Below, in pieces: positions 1-13,236 of a DNA stretch of 64,000 bases (position 1 is the stretch's first letter; each line of letters opens with the position of its first letter). Location of the stretch: positions 18,960,754 through 19,024,753 of the forward strand of contig OZ316896.1 of assembly GCA_973895155.1 (NCBI GenBank), written 5' to 3'. This DNA is from Marsupella aquatica (taxonomy: Eukaryota > Plantae > Marchantiophyta). The position numbers and the translations under genes are program-made. Below the pieces are notes generated by a model. That model was not told where the DNA came from, ran no database searches, and worked only from the letters and a program-made list of their open reading frames with translations.

Positions 1-1731
1 CCTACTTCCACTTACAAAACTGCAAGAAAAAAGTGCAAATACATGTAAACAGATAGAATTTTTCGAGGAAAAAGCCAATACCTTGCATTGACGTACGTTT
101 TGCACTTATCCACTGCCCAGTGTGTTTTATGGTGCTCCAAATATGGTAGAAGCTGCTTTAATGAAATCAGCGAGCCAAATTGGAGCTGAGCCCCGAGCTG
201 AGCGAGTCAGCGAGGCCATTCGAGGTTTGTCACACTTGCGCCAGAATCTACATGCGGAACCGCGTTTCATCACTGGAACGAGCTGTGATGGAAGGTGGGA
301 AGTTTGGCAATCAAGAGTTCTCTACTGTAGCTTTGTGGCTTGATAATCAATAATGGGACCAGAATCGGCTTGAAGAAGTTATTTTTAACTACTTCACGCG
401 TTGGGTCATAGCAACGTGGCGCTATAGCCCGAGGACAGTAATGAACACTTGCAATTGCGGCCGGATCGAGGTTGGTCCGTCACCAACTTCCAGTTCAGTG
501 TGATGCGAATTGCGGGATGTCAGGAGCCACAAAGCTTCGACCTTCTAATCAAGCAGTAACAATTCAACAAGGTTGCCGGTTGCTTTTTTACGACTTATGG
601 CCAATGTCAAACGGCAGGTCATGATGACGGCCAACTGCCTCAAAATCTGATAGTCTGATTGTGCCCGGCAGGAATTCTCTTGTGCATAGTATGGCGGTAT
701 GGCCGGATACGTGGTGAGATGCACTTGTGTGGTCTCCTGGTGGGAAACAAACCAGAGAGGTTACCGATCTACTCTCCATCCCACTTTCCAGATAGACGCT
801 GCAAAGTCCAGACTTTCCGGGCGGGTCGGATTGTCTGTTCTTGCTGCAATTCTCTTGGCTTCCTCCTTTCTATCAGTCTATCGGTACAAGTTAAGAAAAG
901 CACGTTAGAGGGCTCGTACTGGGAAACAATTCAGATCGTTTTCCCAGGTCGGTCGAATTGTCCGTTCAAGGCAACTACGGAGTACAGCACTGTCCAGTGT
1001 ATCGCGATGGACTGACCCAGAGGCCGACAGATCTGATGGCTGCACTGTCTTCGATGCCGACCGATCTCATGCCGCAGCACTGCAGCAGTGTATTGTACCG
1101 GTGTAAGTTGCATAGAGAAAAACAAATCTAATAAAGCCCGTTCCCCACAATGATTTCCACTTCTCCAGGTTGGCAGCTGTATGTAACGGGCCGCCATCGC
1201 TGTTACGTACCTGGGCCTAATTAAAGCTTAAAGGACTGAATTACTACGGAGTAAAATAATGCGTTCGTCTCTCCCGTCTGGTTGGCTTGCGTTCTGTGGG
1301 TTCTTCCCGTTCAATTGCCAGTTTGCCACCGCACCGAGTCACGACTTCATGCATGCGGGAAGTACATGTCTGCTGGAATCCAAAGCTCCAGGATATTCCA
1401 GCTGATCGATCAACTGTGCTGCTGTGCAGTAGCACGTAGTAGACAAGTTTGCTGGCCATGTTCAGTTCATCTGCCTGCTAGAAACGTCCATTGCGAATCA
1501 TTAATGGTGCTTTGGCTTCGTTAGCAGATCCCTTGCTAGCGTCGGCATTGGGTCTGCCCCGAGGCAAAAGATCGATTGGAGAGTACTGATTTAGGGCTAA
1601 CCGTTACCGTTAGACAACCAACGTTTCCCATCTGGACCGTCTATGATCTCCACCAACGGTGAGATGCCTTTGCAACCTGCTTGCTGAGTGAAATGTGACT
1701 GCGGTTGAGTCTATGTGAGACATTCCAGTCT

Positions 1732-1739
1732 TATATAAA
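1732..1739 (+). promoter_or_regulatory. putative TATA box of the AG-peptide gene at 2035
   Basis: TATATAAA about 300 nt upstream of the ATG at 2035; position-based inference only. Confidence 0.45.
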
Positions 1740-2034
1740 CCTTGAAAGGAACTCACTTTCTCTCAGACTGCGAGTTAGAGCTTTTTGTCAGGAAAGCTAT
1801 TGCATTCTCCAAGTGGGCCTCGCTACTATCTGCCGAGGAGAACCCCGTTAGCGTGCGTGTCTTGTTTACGGACAAAAACTGGCTTCTGTCACCTCTCTCA
1901 AGCAGGCCAAGAGAATTCGAGAATCACATTGAAGTTTCTTCTCTGTACGCGACAGGTGATTGCGGTTTCCTAGAGCGTTCTTCATTCCCCTTCGTGACAA
2001 CTGGGTGTGTCGATCGGCGTATAGAATTTGCACA

Positions 2035-2328
2035 ATGGCCTTGAACTTGGCAGCATTCGCCAGGAGCGCCGTTGTGTTGATCGTGGCAGTTCTCTTGGTG
2101 ATAACGCAGATGGCAGGTCAGGGTGCGTTCGCCGCGAGATATTCTGGCGAGTACGCCGCAGCTCCCGAACCATCAGAAATCTTGGCTGCAGCTCCCGGAC
2201 CATCTGAGGAGCTGGCTGCAGCTCCAATGGCGCAAATGCCGGGGCTTGCGCCAGGCGCATTGTTGCCTGGACTTATTGCCCCGGCTCTCATGACTGTGGT
2301 TTCGTTCTGGGCTTCGCAGTACTTGTAA
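2035..2328 (+). CDS. arabinogalactan peptide / small GPI-anchored AGP-like protein (97 aa)
   Basis: MALNLAAF... hydrophobic signal peptide, three 10-aa repeats (EYAAAPEPS, EILAAAPGPS, EELAAAPMAQ) with AP/GP glycomotifs, and a hydrophobic C-terminal tail typical of a GPI signal. ATG context cacaATGG. Confidence 0.8.
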   Translation: MALNLAAFARSAVVLIVAVLLVITQMAGQGAFAARYSGEYAAAPEPSEILAAAPGPSEELAAAPMAQMPGLAPGALLPGLIAPALMTVVSFWASQYL

Positions 2329-3451
2329 TTGATTCCAGCGCTGGACCAGCCTTTTCAAGGAGCTACGTTCATGACTCAGTTGGGTGGTGCTTGTCGACGC
2401 AGCCTCAAGGAAATGGCAAGTGATGCCTCACGGAATTCGACTTCAGTACATGGTTGGCGGAACGAGAATCAACAGGCAGAGGTGGCGAGACCGTAGCAGT
2501 TGCACTCATTAGTTACGGATGCTGTGCGATGTTTTTTGTAGGAAGGTAGCATAGACGACAGCGATTAGGAAGTTCGTCGATAGGGTGATAGCACACAGTT
2601 CGCCAAAATCATGGCCATCATTTTTGTATAGATTCATACCACTCACGTGGTCGATATACTTGAACTTCTTTCTAATAAAATGTCGTATTTCATCGCACTA
2701 TATTGCACTGGATGCATTAATATGCACTTCTTCGCTTGGTTCCCAAAATCTTCTCGTTTCATTCCTATCTTCTCTTTACAGCAGATGGGTTCGTAGACTT
2801 CGCCCGCCTCTTTTGTACTGTGACCTTAGAATGTCCTACTGATTACTACCGCGGAATGGCTTCGCCGATCCAGCCTCCATACTAGAATTATCGTGTTCGC
2901 AGAATGGTCACCTTTATCGCGTTGACAGTTTTCGTTGGTGCTTCAGTTTGCATTCCTGACCTTCCTGCAATGCCGCATTGTCCGACTCTTGTACGTTCAA
3001 TGTATAGAAACCCGCACATGGCACTGGCGAGCCTTAAATATTTACTGTCACACAGTCAATCTACAGAAATCCTGAGTGAGGGCTGCAGTCGCCCTTTACA
3101 AGACCCTGCAGCTGCCCCTAACGAGGTGAGTGCACAATTTCTTCCCAAGTTAATGTCGCTATTCTCCGTTCAGATCTAAGTGAGAATAGAAATCAATTGT
3201 ATTCCAAATTTTCACTTACCGGAGCGAACATATTCTAAAAGAAATTCGAATCATGGACTACGAAGATTAGTGGTAGTCGGACTTGGGCATAAACGTTAAT
3301 TCGCTTGCTTTGGTAGCCCACACTTAATTCAATTGAAGAATGCAAAACTCACTCTCAAGGAGGGGCAGAATCTACAATATCACGAGTAGAATTATCCTGT
3401 CATCTCCGGAGACGTGAAGTTAGGCGCGGATTCCTCAGTCCACATCAGGCC

Positions 3452-3667
3452 GGGTAAGTTTCTGTTTTAGCCGCCAATAGCATGTTTAATGTTTGACATG
3501 GATGCAGGAATCATCTCAGTTTCGCAAAGCGAGCATGCTGACTAAGAATCAACATGCCTGGGTAAGTTCCTGTTTTAGCCGCCAATAGCATGTTTAATGT
3601 TTGACATGGTTGCCGGAATCATCTAAGTTTCGCAAAGCGAGCACGCTGCCTAACTAAGAATCAACAT
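3452..3667. repeat. 108-bp tandem duplication
   Basis: gggtaagtt(t/c)ctgttttagccgccaatagcatg...actaagaatcaacat starts at 3452 and again at 3560. Confidence 0.9.
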
Positions 3668-4849
3668 AACGGGGAAAGCAATGTCTGCGTTAATCCTATC
3701 ATTTCGATCATTTCGATCACCAACATTGAACTGCAGCACATCTGTCCTCTCTGTCCATTAGGTGCATTGTTCCATATTTTAAGGTTTGTGCGTTTGTTCT
3801 CCCTAACTTGAAATTGTACAGAAAATCTCGCTTTCTTAAAAACAGCCCATTTTGTTTTCTTTTTACCTTTAAGTAAACGTCTTTAAGGAAAGCTCCTCAT
3901 ATAATTCAACGAGGTCTTGAAAGGAAAGAAGTACCTCTCAGTATTTCCACCATTGAGACTTTTCACACTTGCTTACACGATCCTCCTCTGCAATACCCTG
4001 TTGATCTTGAACGGCCATGAAAACCCACATCAAGACACCCAAAGAGATAGAGCTGGGATAACCATCTGTGTGGCCCGGGCCTTCTCATACTCACCAGCAC
4101 CATCTATCACGAGAGTCTGTAAGCTTAGCATCTTGGCCATTGATTTCTTAGATCCATTGGGCAGCATTGTTGCCCACTATAGCAAGGAATTGAGCCTCTC
4201 TCTTTCCGATTGGCCACTCAACTATCTTCAGGCGTGTCATGAAAGTGTGGCAATTTTTTTGCTCTTGACTTGCTGAATGAGGAATCTATTGGCTATAGCA
4301 GGCACCTGCCCTGGAATTTTAATCATGGAATTTACAACTTCCATGGCATGGTCTTTATTAGACATGAAGTAAACAGAAACTTCAGATCGTGAAAATTCTC
4401 TCCAGTCAGAGGAAAATAAAAAATGTGGCTCATGCCAAAAGTATAATACACCTCAATTTCAGCAAGACCTCCTGTCCTTCCTTTGAGTAAGTTGGGGCAT
4501 CATACAGAAATTTGATTGTGAGCTTCCTTTGGAACCTGGCGCATGCTAGCATCTCATGAATTGTGATCCAAGGCAAAGTGGATGAATTTGTTCCTCCTAC
4601 AAACTAGACTGGTCCAGTTATTAGGATGCCCTCCTTAGTCAAGATAACAGCTAAGCCTGATACTTCCTGGGTCAAAGCAATTTTGGATTTGGGACGCAAA
4701 GTCCAGGTCTCAAGGAGAAAGCCAGACTTCTAGGGGTAGTGGTAACTGCACATCAAACAGCAGTAACTACAGTAGGTACCTCGAAATAACAACAATCCGT
4801 GATATGAAATGGTATGAAAATTAACTGGTGGGCTCGTGCCACCTAGCAG

Positions 4850-5115
4850 GGGGCTCAATGTCAAGTTTCAATGGAGATTAACTTAGTAGTTAAGGTTACC
4901 AACCCAAAAAGTGATGGACTACCAAATTGTCCATAACTTGCCATGTAGATTGGTCATATGCCCTGACCATAAGTCACTCTAGAGACTAGTGAAAACATGT
5001 AACAAAAATGTTTTAAGACAACCCTGTGAAAAAACTATGGCCCCTTGATTAACTATGTGAAAAAACTATAGACATTTGTATATGGCCAAAAAATATCATC
5101 TTTAACTATGAAGGT
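4850..5115 (+). repeat. dispersed repeat, related copy at ~37117-37347
   Basis: Shared collinear blocks: ttagtagttaagg, gtcatatg..tgaccataagtca, caaccctgtg.aaaa.ctatg, atggccaaaa..tatcatct.taacta.gaag. Confidence 0.65.
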
Positions 5116-5761
5116 TAATAATTTGATATAGTAGTCATCTGGAGCTGATAGGGTGTTTCACAACACTGCCATTAGCAAGGTCTTATAGAAGGTCTTATAG
5201 TTATAGTTGTTAGGGTTATGATTGTTTGGACATACCATCCTTATGGTGTACTAATTTAGAAAAGCTGTACCATTCTGGATCATTGTGAAGTGCGAGGAAA
5301 TGACCCATAATTTTTCTATTTCCAACTGCCTCGCTAACAAGGACCTGGTTGATAATATACATTTTTGGGTCTACTCTTTTTGCTAGCAAAACTCGCTAGC
5401 GGTCTGGAATCATGAAAAAACACAAAAATATATAAAACCATTAGTGTCTCAATAAACCACTCTGATAGCCAACAAAATTCAGGTTTGCTCGCATTATACA
5501 ATACCTCTACCATTCTTATAGTGTATTAATTTAGATACCTGTAACTTTTTTTGTCATGGTTCTAAAAGCACTTCACGTCCTTGGTCGTAAATCAGTTATG
5601 CCCTCCTTTTGAACTCCCTAATCAATCAATATAGTTATGGTATGATATTGCTTTTTGATGTGCAATTGCGGCCAGGCTACTTCTAGAAGGCCCTCCCATC
5701 TCCAGTAAGCGACAACCAGTCCCAGCCATATACTAGTACCGTTCATATGGGTGTCAACTAG

Positions 5762-7236
5762 ATTCAAAGAGACGAGTCCCTGGAACAGCATTAACTGTAC
5801 CTCGGGACTCTCCCACAGCCTACCGGAAGGAGCACCCTGAGTTTCCCCCTTTTTGTACCCATCCCTTTAGTTTTCAGGCCATGATCACATTCGCTGCCCC
5901 TGGCTCCCTCTCAATTTGAGACTTAACTTCATTTAACTTTCTTATTCCCACTTGTGTAGTGCCTTTTTCCCTTGCATCTCTTTGTGTGAGTGTTAGTTTA
6001 AATTTCTTGGACTCCATGGAGGCAATCTTTTGATAGTAGCTGACATTTTATTTAAATTTCTTGGATTCCATGGAGGGTTCTTGGGTATTGTCTCAGTTTT
6101 GAGAAAAAATAAAATCGACAGTAGCTGACATTTTATTTAAATGTCTTGGACTCCATGGAGGGTTCTTGGGTATTGTCTCAGTTTTGAGAAAAAATAAAAT
6201 CGACAGTAGCTGACATTTTATTTAAATTTCTTGGACTCCATGGAGGGTTCTCAGGTATTGTCCCGGATTTGAAAAAAACCAAAAAACTTGAACTCCATGG
6301 AGGCAATCGTTTGACAATAGCTGACATATTTTGACCCGTTTTGCAAAGTCCGGACCCAGTCTAGTTTTAGTCATTGAATTATGAGTGGTTGATTATTCAG
6401 TGGAAAATCACCTGAGCTCAAACTCTTGCCACTAAATTCTTCCTCAGTTCATCATTGTATTCCACGCCTTCCAGATGGGTAATCAATGCATTCATGCCTA
6501 GCTCATAATTGTGCCTAACTTTGTAACTTTAGTGTTTTGAAAACAAAACATCTACGCTCAGCAATTCCCTCTTGTAAAATTTGAAATCTTCTCAATACAT
6601 TAACTTAAAGGGGCTGTCTGGAAGGCGTGGAATACAACAATGAACTGAGGAAGAATTTAGTGGCAAGAGTTTGAGCTCAGGTGATTTTGCACTTAGTAAT
6701 CAACCCCTCATAAATCAATGACTAAAACTAGACTGGGGCCTGACTTTGCAAAGCGGGTCAAAATATGTCAGCTACTGTCAAATGATTGCCTCCATGGAGT
6801 TCAAGTTTTTTTCCTTTCAAAACTGGGACAATACCCGGGAACCCTCCATGGAGTCCAAGAAATTTAAATAATGTCAGCTACTGTCAATTTTGTTTTGTTT
6901 TCAAAACCTGGACAATACCTGAGAACCCTCCATCTAGTCCAAGAAATTTAAATAAAATGTCAGCTACTGTCAAAAGATTGTCTCCAGGGAGTCCAAGAAA
7001 CTTAAACTAACACTCCCACAAAGAGATGTAAGGGAAAAAGGCACTACACAAGTGTGGATAAGAAAGTTGAATGAAACTAAGTCTCTAATTGAGAGGGAGC
7101 CAGGGGCAGCGATTGTGGTCATGGCCTGAAAACTGAGGGTTGCAAAAAGGGGAAAAATCAGGGATCTCTTTCCGGGAGGCTTTGGGGGAGTCCCGAGGTA
7201 CAGTTAATGCTGTTCCAGGGACTGGTCTCTTTGAAT
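5762..7236. mobile_element. non-autonomous foldback DNA transposon with very long TIRs and 8-bp TSD
   Basis: Left arm 5762-6475 is the imperfect reverse complement of right arm 6617-7236, with a 141-bp spacer. Flanked by TCAACTAG at 5754-5761 and 7237-7244. An internal 85-bp unit occurs about 3 times in the left arm and about 2 times in the right. Confidence 0.9.
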
Positions 7237-7712
7237 TCAACTAGTGTCAACAGTTTGGCACGTTCGGTTTCACATAGGTGTCAACTACTATTAACAGTTT
7301 GGCGGCCGGCCGTCGTACCATAGACTACAGGAAGATTAATTTCGACGCAACGAGTCGTTCTCGTCTCAGCAATTCGCGTAACATAAACTTTCTGGAGGTA
7401 CACCGTGATACCGTCCACACCCTTAGCACGCGTTTCGCTGTCCACGGGACCCACAAGGCGCTCTCTCTCTTCGGACCTCGGTGGTGCCTTGCGCAGTTGA
7501 AGTGGACTCATCTTCTTATGCATAAAACCCGAAACGACAGCCCTCATTCAATCAATCCAATCTTGTCGTTCACCCTGTTGATCACACTCCAATTCCTCAA
7601 GTGTAGCAAGAACTAGAATTCAAAGGACTGAAAAATTTCTCAGTATTGGTCTGAAAGTGTAGCAAAGGGTCCGATTACTTAATTTGCCAAATTTGTGGAC
7701 TTGTGAATCGAA

Positions 7713-7949
7713 ATGGCTTTCACCATGACTTCAGTGATGAGGAGCGGCTTCGTTTTGGTGGTGATGGTAATGCTGGTAATGATGGAGAGCCAAAGCCTGG
7801 TGTCAGCAGCGAGCAGAGGTCTTCTTTCGGAAAATTTAGCTCCATCACCAGCGCCTGCACAGACTGGCAGCGCTGGTAGCTTGCTGCCCTCAATTGCAGC
7901 ACCGATGGTTTTATCCTTGCTGTCTGTTCTAGTTTTGAAGCAATTGTAA
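7713..7949 (+). CDS. arabinogalactan peptide (78 aa, signal peptide + GPI-type tail)
   Basis: MAFTMTSVMRSGFVLVVMVMLV signal, short APSPAPA core, GSAGS putative omega region, hydrophobic C-terminus; paralogous to 53221-53424. Confidence 0.85.
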   Translation: MAFTMTSVMRSGFVLVVMVMLVMMESQSLVSAASRGLLSENLAPSPAPAQTGSAGSLLPSIAAPMVLSLLSVLVLKQL

Positions 7950-9444
7950 GAAGGTGCTCGGTTCTACATGGTGTTCTTGGCACCAGAAGTCCAGCTTAAG
8001 TAACGGGAAAGCTAGAGCTAAGCTTTCTATACGGGAAAATCACAATCACAATGGATTATGTACAAGCGAGTCGCCTTGAGGTTTCGAATTGGTCTAGGGC
8101 TCAATCATGTCAGTGATGTCATCGGGGATATCACTCGCATCAGCATCAAATTACGTTGAGAGAACTGCTCGGCGTACTGACATGATAGAGATGTCCAGCA
8201 AACGATGAATTTTTATGACGGCATTCGATTCCATAATTTTGACTTGGTGCCCCGCTTGGTGCTCGGTGACGCGCAGCAGCGAGAGCTCTCACTGGCATCA
8301 ACAACAGTCCCCGCAGTGATTACCATTATTCTTTAGCCGTTATTAGGAATTGCCACTTAAGATTGAAGGTGTGGTCCATACGGGGGTCCATTCAATCATA
8401 CAGTTTTGGCAGTGACGTTCTTTTGCAGAGCGCAATTCTTAGATACCATTCTTTGGCTCATCCCAGAGCCCTAAAAGTATTTTTTGTACTATACACTACG
8501 ATATAAAGTCTCCGACTCGATGTCAAATTTTCGTACCATCATGAGCAAATGCATTCTCAAGGTCTATATTCCTTCCCGAGTCCTGAAACGTACAATTTCG
8601 CCCGTGACATTCTATTGCATAGTACAATTCGATCATTGATACCATGCTGCGGCATTCCGGGAGCTCGAAAGCTGTTAACTTCTATTACCATGCAGTAACA
8701 TGTAAAGCGAATTGAATTGTAATTGATCCCTGTTTTTCATGTCCCAACCACTCGAAAAGCAAAACAACATTTTGGCTCGCTTACAGTCGAGGTGTAGGTC
8801 ACTCAGGCGACTTTATTGTCTTTTGTTCTTTTGGCAACAATCTGGCTGTATCTGTGACATTCGACCAAACAATTGATTTCTCTACCTTTATTTTATGTAC
8901 GAAACTTGTCCGTGGAGCTCCTTGGGTTTACCAACAACATTGCAGTACCACAGCACTCTCGTGAAGGAGAGTGCTCCACAACACAAGTACCAAGCCTTTG
9001 ACAATGAAATTCCACTTTGGGTGGCTTCGGGATATCCTGTCAAAACACAGGAATGGTGAGGAATGACGAAATCTGAAACAAAAACCGAACGAGACAGTGG
9101 ACTTCCAATTCTTAAGCAAATTAGTTTCAGCTTCTTGATATGATTTAGTTGAAGAGCCTTTGCCACACCGGGAGATTCAATAAGGAATCTCACTGAAAGA
9201 GAAGCCAAGACGGCGGAAAGAATCATAGCTATTCCAGTAGTCTCCACGGTTGAGCTGGAGTAAATCCCTTGATAATCTCAAAAGCTTGTATAGCTATTGC
9301 TTTTGGGACGATACAAGCTTGTATAGCTATAGGTTCCAAGATATTGCTTTTGGGACTATTGGAAGGACAGGAAGAAACTTGAATTTGCTTTCAGATAGGT
9401 TCCAAGCTATTGCTTTTGGGAACTTCGTGGAGTGGTATACCAAA

Positions 9445-9685
9445 ATGGCTTTGACCATTGATAACTAAAGTGATGAGGAGCAGCCTCGTGTAGGTGGTGA
9501 TGGTATTGGTGGTGATGATGGAGAGACAAAGCTTGGTGTCGGCAGCGAACAGGGCTTTTCCTTCAGAAAATTTGGCTCCGTCACCAGCCTGCACAGCTGG
9601 GCAGTGCTGGTAGCTTGCTGCACTCAATTGCAGCGCCGATGATATTCTCCCTTCTGTGAGTCTCTCAGTTTTGAAGAGGTTGTAA
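9445..9685 (+). pseudogene. AG-peptide pseudogene, duplicate of 7713-7949
   Basis: Aligns along its whole length with 7713-7949 (atggctttgacc...gaaaatttggctccgtcaccagc...ttgaagaggttgtaa) but has an early frameshift/stop and further indels. Downstream sequence 9690-9960 also matches 7950-8230. Confidence 0.85.
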
Positions 9686-10140
9686 CAAGCTGTTACTACG
9701 GAGAAGATTCAATCCACAGGACGGTCTTCAAATTATGTCTAGAAGTAGAGCAAAGTCTAGATTAAATCTAGAGCTGAGCTTTCCAAACGAGTACGGACCG
9801 TTCATTGAATTACGAGCGACTAAGTAATCCAAAGGTTTCGAATTTTTCTAAGAGTTATGTGATGTACATTACATCAAATCAAATCAAATAATGGGTGAGC
9901 TGAGCACTCGGCGAACCGACAACGACAGATAATGATCGAATATTATTTCAGCATTCGATAAGGTTTGTTGTAAACTTCGAAGGTACGTTGAACTGCGACG
10001 GTTCTTCTTGAAACAGGAATGCTTCCACAAAACATTCTTCAGCATCAGGAGAACTGCAATTAATTATGAGCTTGATGAGATTTCAATGTTGGGAAGTTCG
10101 CTTCCGGATACGATCCTACCAATACCATTCTGACACCAGT

Positions 10141-10687
10141 CACTTGTTGTCACCCCCTCCGGCCCAAGTCCCCAATGCTGCTGCCCACTCCCCGGCCCAA
10201 GTTTGCTAGGACATAAACCAAGACTCTATCATTAATCATGATTGACTCTTATCCAAAGTACTAGGCTTTGCCTTAACACTTAGACTCTATTACTAAACAT
10301 AGGCTTTGCCTTAACACTTAGACTCTATTACTAAACATACATGAATCCATTGGAAAGAAGTGTCACCAAAACATAAACCATGACTCCATAGAGAATAAGC
10401 ATTTGGTAAAACATTAACCAAGACTCTATCAATCTTGACTCTTAACCAACGAACTAGGCTTTGCAACACTTACACTCTATTACAAAACAAATTTGACTCC
10501 GTTAGAAAGAAGTGTTGTCAGAATTGAACATATAAACCAAGGTTCCACGAGGAAGAAGTCGATGGCACAAAGTTGATCGGGCCGAAGCGGGTGACAAAAT
10601 AGAAGAGTCTTGGTTTATGTTCTGGCAAACTTGGGTGGGGGTGGGCAGCAACATCGTGGACTGGGACCCCAACTGGGACGGGCAGTG
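10141..10687. mobile_element. degenerate MITE-like element with inverted ends
   Basis: ctgcccac...cccaagtttgctaggacataaaccaagactct (~10180-10227) is inverted at ~10605-10650; internal 39-bp tandem duplicate taggctttgccttaacacttagactctattactaaaca. No clear TSD. Confidence 0.5.
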
Positions 10688-11690
10688 TACGGAGCCCCAG
10701 GAAAATGGGGGAGCATTAACTTGTTGTAGATTAACATGTAGTCCGTGTGGTTGTAGTTACCGTCAATTGAGATGCAACAAATTTCTTAGGTTCTACCACC
10801 CCTGATCTCCCTGACAGCCATGTTCCTTTGAGCTACTCAGCTACCTCGTGAGGGTTTCAGCATTGGCTTCACCTTTATTGAAACCAAATATATATCCCAT
10901 TATCAAAAGTCTTCGGTAACTATTCATATTCACAAAGTGAGGGCCATTAGTTTGTAGAGCATTTGCATTGCATATTAATCAACTAGATTTGTGTGACCTG
11001 AAATTTCTTGGAAATCCAGCTCTCAACTGCAAAGACTTCAGCAGTCTGCCTTCCCAACGTTTCAGTGAGTCAGTGAAATTTTAATTTTGTGGACCTGTTG
11101 AGCTGGATATCCCACATAAGGTGTCTGGACCCGGACGTCCGACATGTGTCACACCCGGTCGTCCCGACCCTGTCCTGACCCTACCCCACCCTGTCCCAGC
11201 TGGCCGGGGAATATAAGTGATTATCCAATATTTGACCCCTGTTGGAGCCGACAACACGACAACTTGTCCGGGCCGCGTTCTATTGCAACATTACATTTAA
11301 ATTCTGTGCTTAGTTAGCCAGATCGCATGAGTTGATCTACTTGGATCCAAATGTTAAGGTTTCTTGCATTGTGAATTTTCAAGGGTTTCCAGATCTTGTT
11401 TGCTCTCACCACGACCAGTTTTTCTCACCCTCAACATTCTTTTTCTCTTCAACAACTTTTTCTCTTCCAAACAAGATCGACAGTTTGGAACGTGCCATGA
11501 GAGGAAATTCCAGCTAAGGAAGAAGCTTGAAAACAACGTACACAGGGCTAGATTACAATCCACATGAAGACTCTCACGGCTGATCCGCTCAAGGCAGCAC
11601 AGCCCAGAGGACGAACTATAAAAGTGACACTGTCTGCCACAATTCCTTCACAATGTGGGCACATTTTAAGGGTTGTAAACTACCACTCTT

Positions 11691-11960
11691 GGGGGTCTCA
11701 CTTTATGGGGACCTCCCCATCACCTGCGACTTTTTAAGGCCCTAAAATGTAAGAAAAAAAATATTATTTTTTAACCCCTATAAAGTTAGAATATTCCAAA
11801 TTGGATTAAAAAGACCCTAATGTTTTTATAAGTCTCAAAATTGAATTTAAAAGACCCTGTTTTTCTTCTGCAATTTTTGTTAAGTTCTACCTTAGAACCA
11901 ATAAAACAATGTTATCCTTCATTGCACATGATATGTCATTTTTGTGGAAATGAAAGCCCC
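11691..11960. mobile_element. degenerate MITE-like repeat (relatives at ~20157-20457 and ~63857-64000)
   Basis: Shared motifs gggg(c/t)ttcac...catatcatgtgcaacatttt (inverted at ~11922-11960) and aaattggattaaaa.accc.taatgt (11799 and 20337). Confidence 0.45.
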
Positions 11961-13236
11961 GAGCCACCACTAGCCATATAAAAGAGGAAGTGTCCAAGAA
12001 TTCTCCCTTTTTCACTTTCCTCTCATTCCTCTCCTCTCCCTTTCCATATTGCTCCACATATTCAGGAAATGATACTATTTATGATGAAACCTGGTGTAAT
12101 CAGGTTTTTGAATAGGATAATGTCATGGTTAGAGGGCATTGTGGGATATAATGTCCACAACTAGGACATCAATGTACGTAAAAACTTGAGTGACTTTTTG
12201 ATAACAAACAAGAAAAAGTGAATCCCTGAAATAGAAAATTCAGATTAAAAGGTCATCCAAGAAGTGGTTGCTATGGAATTGGCCAAAAATATGCATTCTT
12301 GAGTTATATTAGATTCTACTCATAGATATTTTGTTCATATCACCATATAAGATTTGGTTATCATCTTGAGATCTTGACTAAATTGAATTTTTTTTGTGTA
12401 TGGTAAAACTATATTTAATTTTTACTTTTACTATATTTATGGTGTTTTGTATAATCCCCTCCTCAAAAAAAGGGGTGCATCATGGAGAATTAATGCACTC
12501 AAATATACAAAGAGATTGAAAAGTCATGAAAGGCTTTACGTCATGGCTTTACGTCACTGGTGGTTTAAAGACATTAGTGATGAAGAATGAGAGTACATAT
12601 TTGGATTGGCGCATTATGAACATTCTCTTCTATGCATACTAAAGATCTAGTTGTACTAAAAATAGCTACAAATAAAAATCTCAGATCTTAATATGTGTTA
12701 AAATTATATTACCAATTGAAGCATTATGCCCCACAGTGCCTTGCAAACAGTACCTTATAATTATATATCTATCTGAATTTTTCCCTTTGTCTTTTTCAGG
12801 GCATTCATGGAAAACAATGCACACTCAACATTTGGATAATCTCATTGTGAAAATTCTAGTCTACTTTTACTAAAACAAGTAAAAATAAAAATCTTGTATG
12901 TCTTATGTGTATTAAAGTCCAAGTACTACCTGACGTTCAACTCAAACTAAAGCCGCAAGCTATATTTTTAGGGGACATTATTGCACACAAGGGCCTTACT
13001 ACATACAAATGGCCAAACTGCTGCTTTGTTTCTCCCAATGTTAGTTGAGCCTAGTTTGACCTCACTCCTTTGTGTTAGGTGATACCTCTAGTATAGCATA
13101 TATATTTTCATAGTACTAGCAAGACTTCAGTAGACTAAGATAGCACTATTTTCAGTTCTTGGTTCCCATAGACCATGGGAAATGGTATACCCAAAGGGAA
13201 CACAAACTTGTGCTTATACTAATCAGAACTATTTGC

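Noticed and set aside
3917-4800. Possible decayed coding or TE sequence
   Set aside because: Composition looks coding-like but no motif could be recognised; left uncalled.
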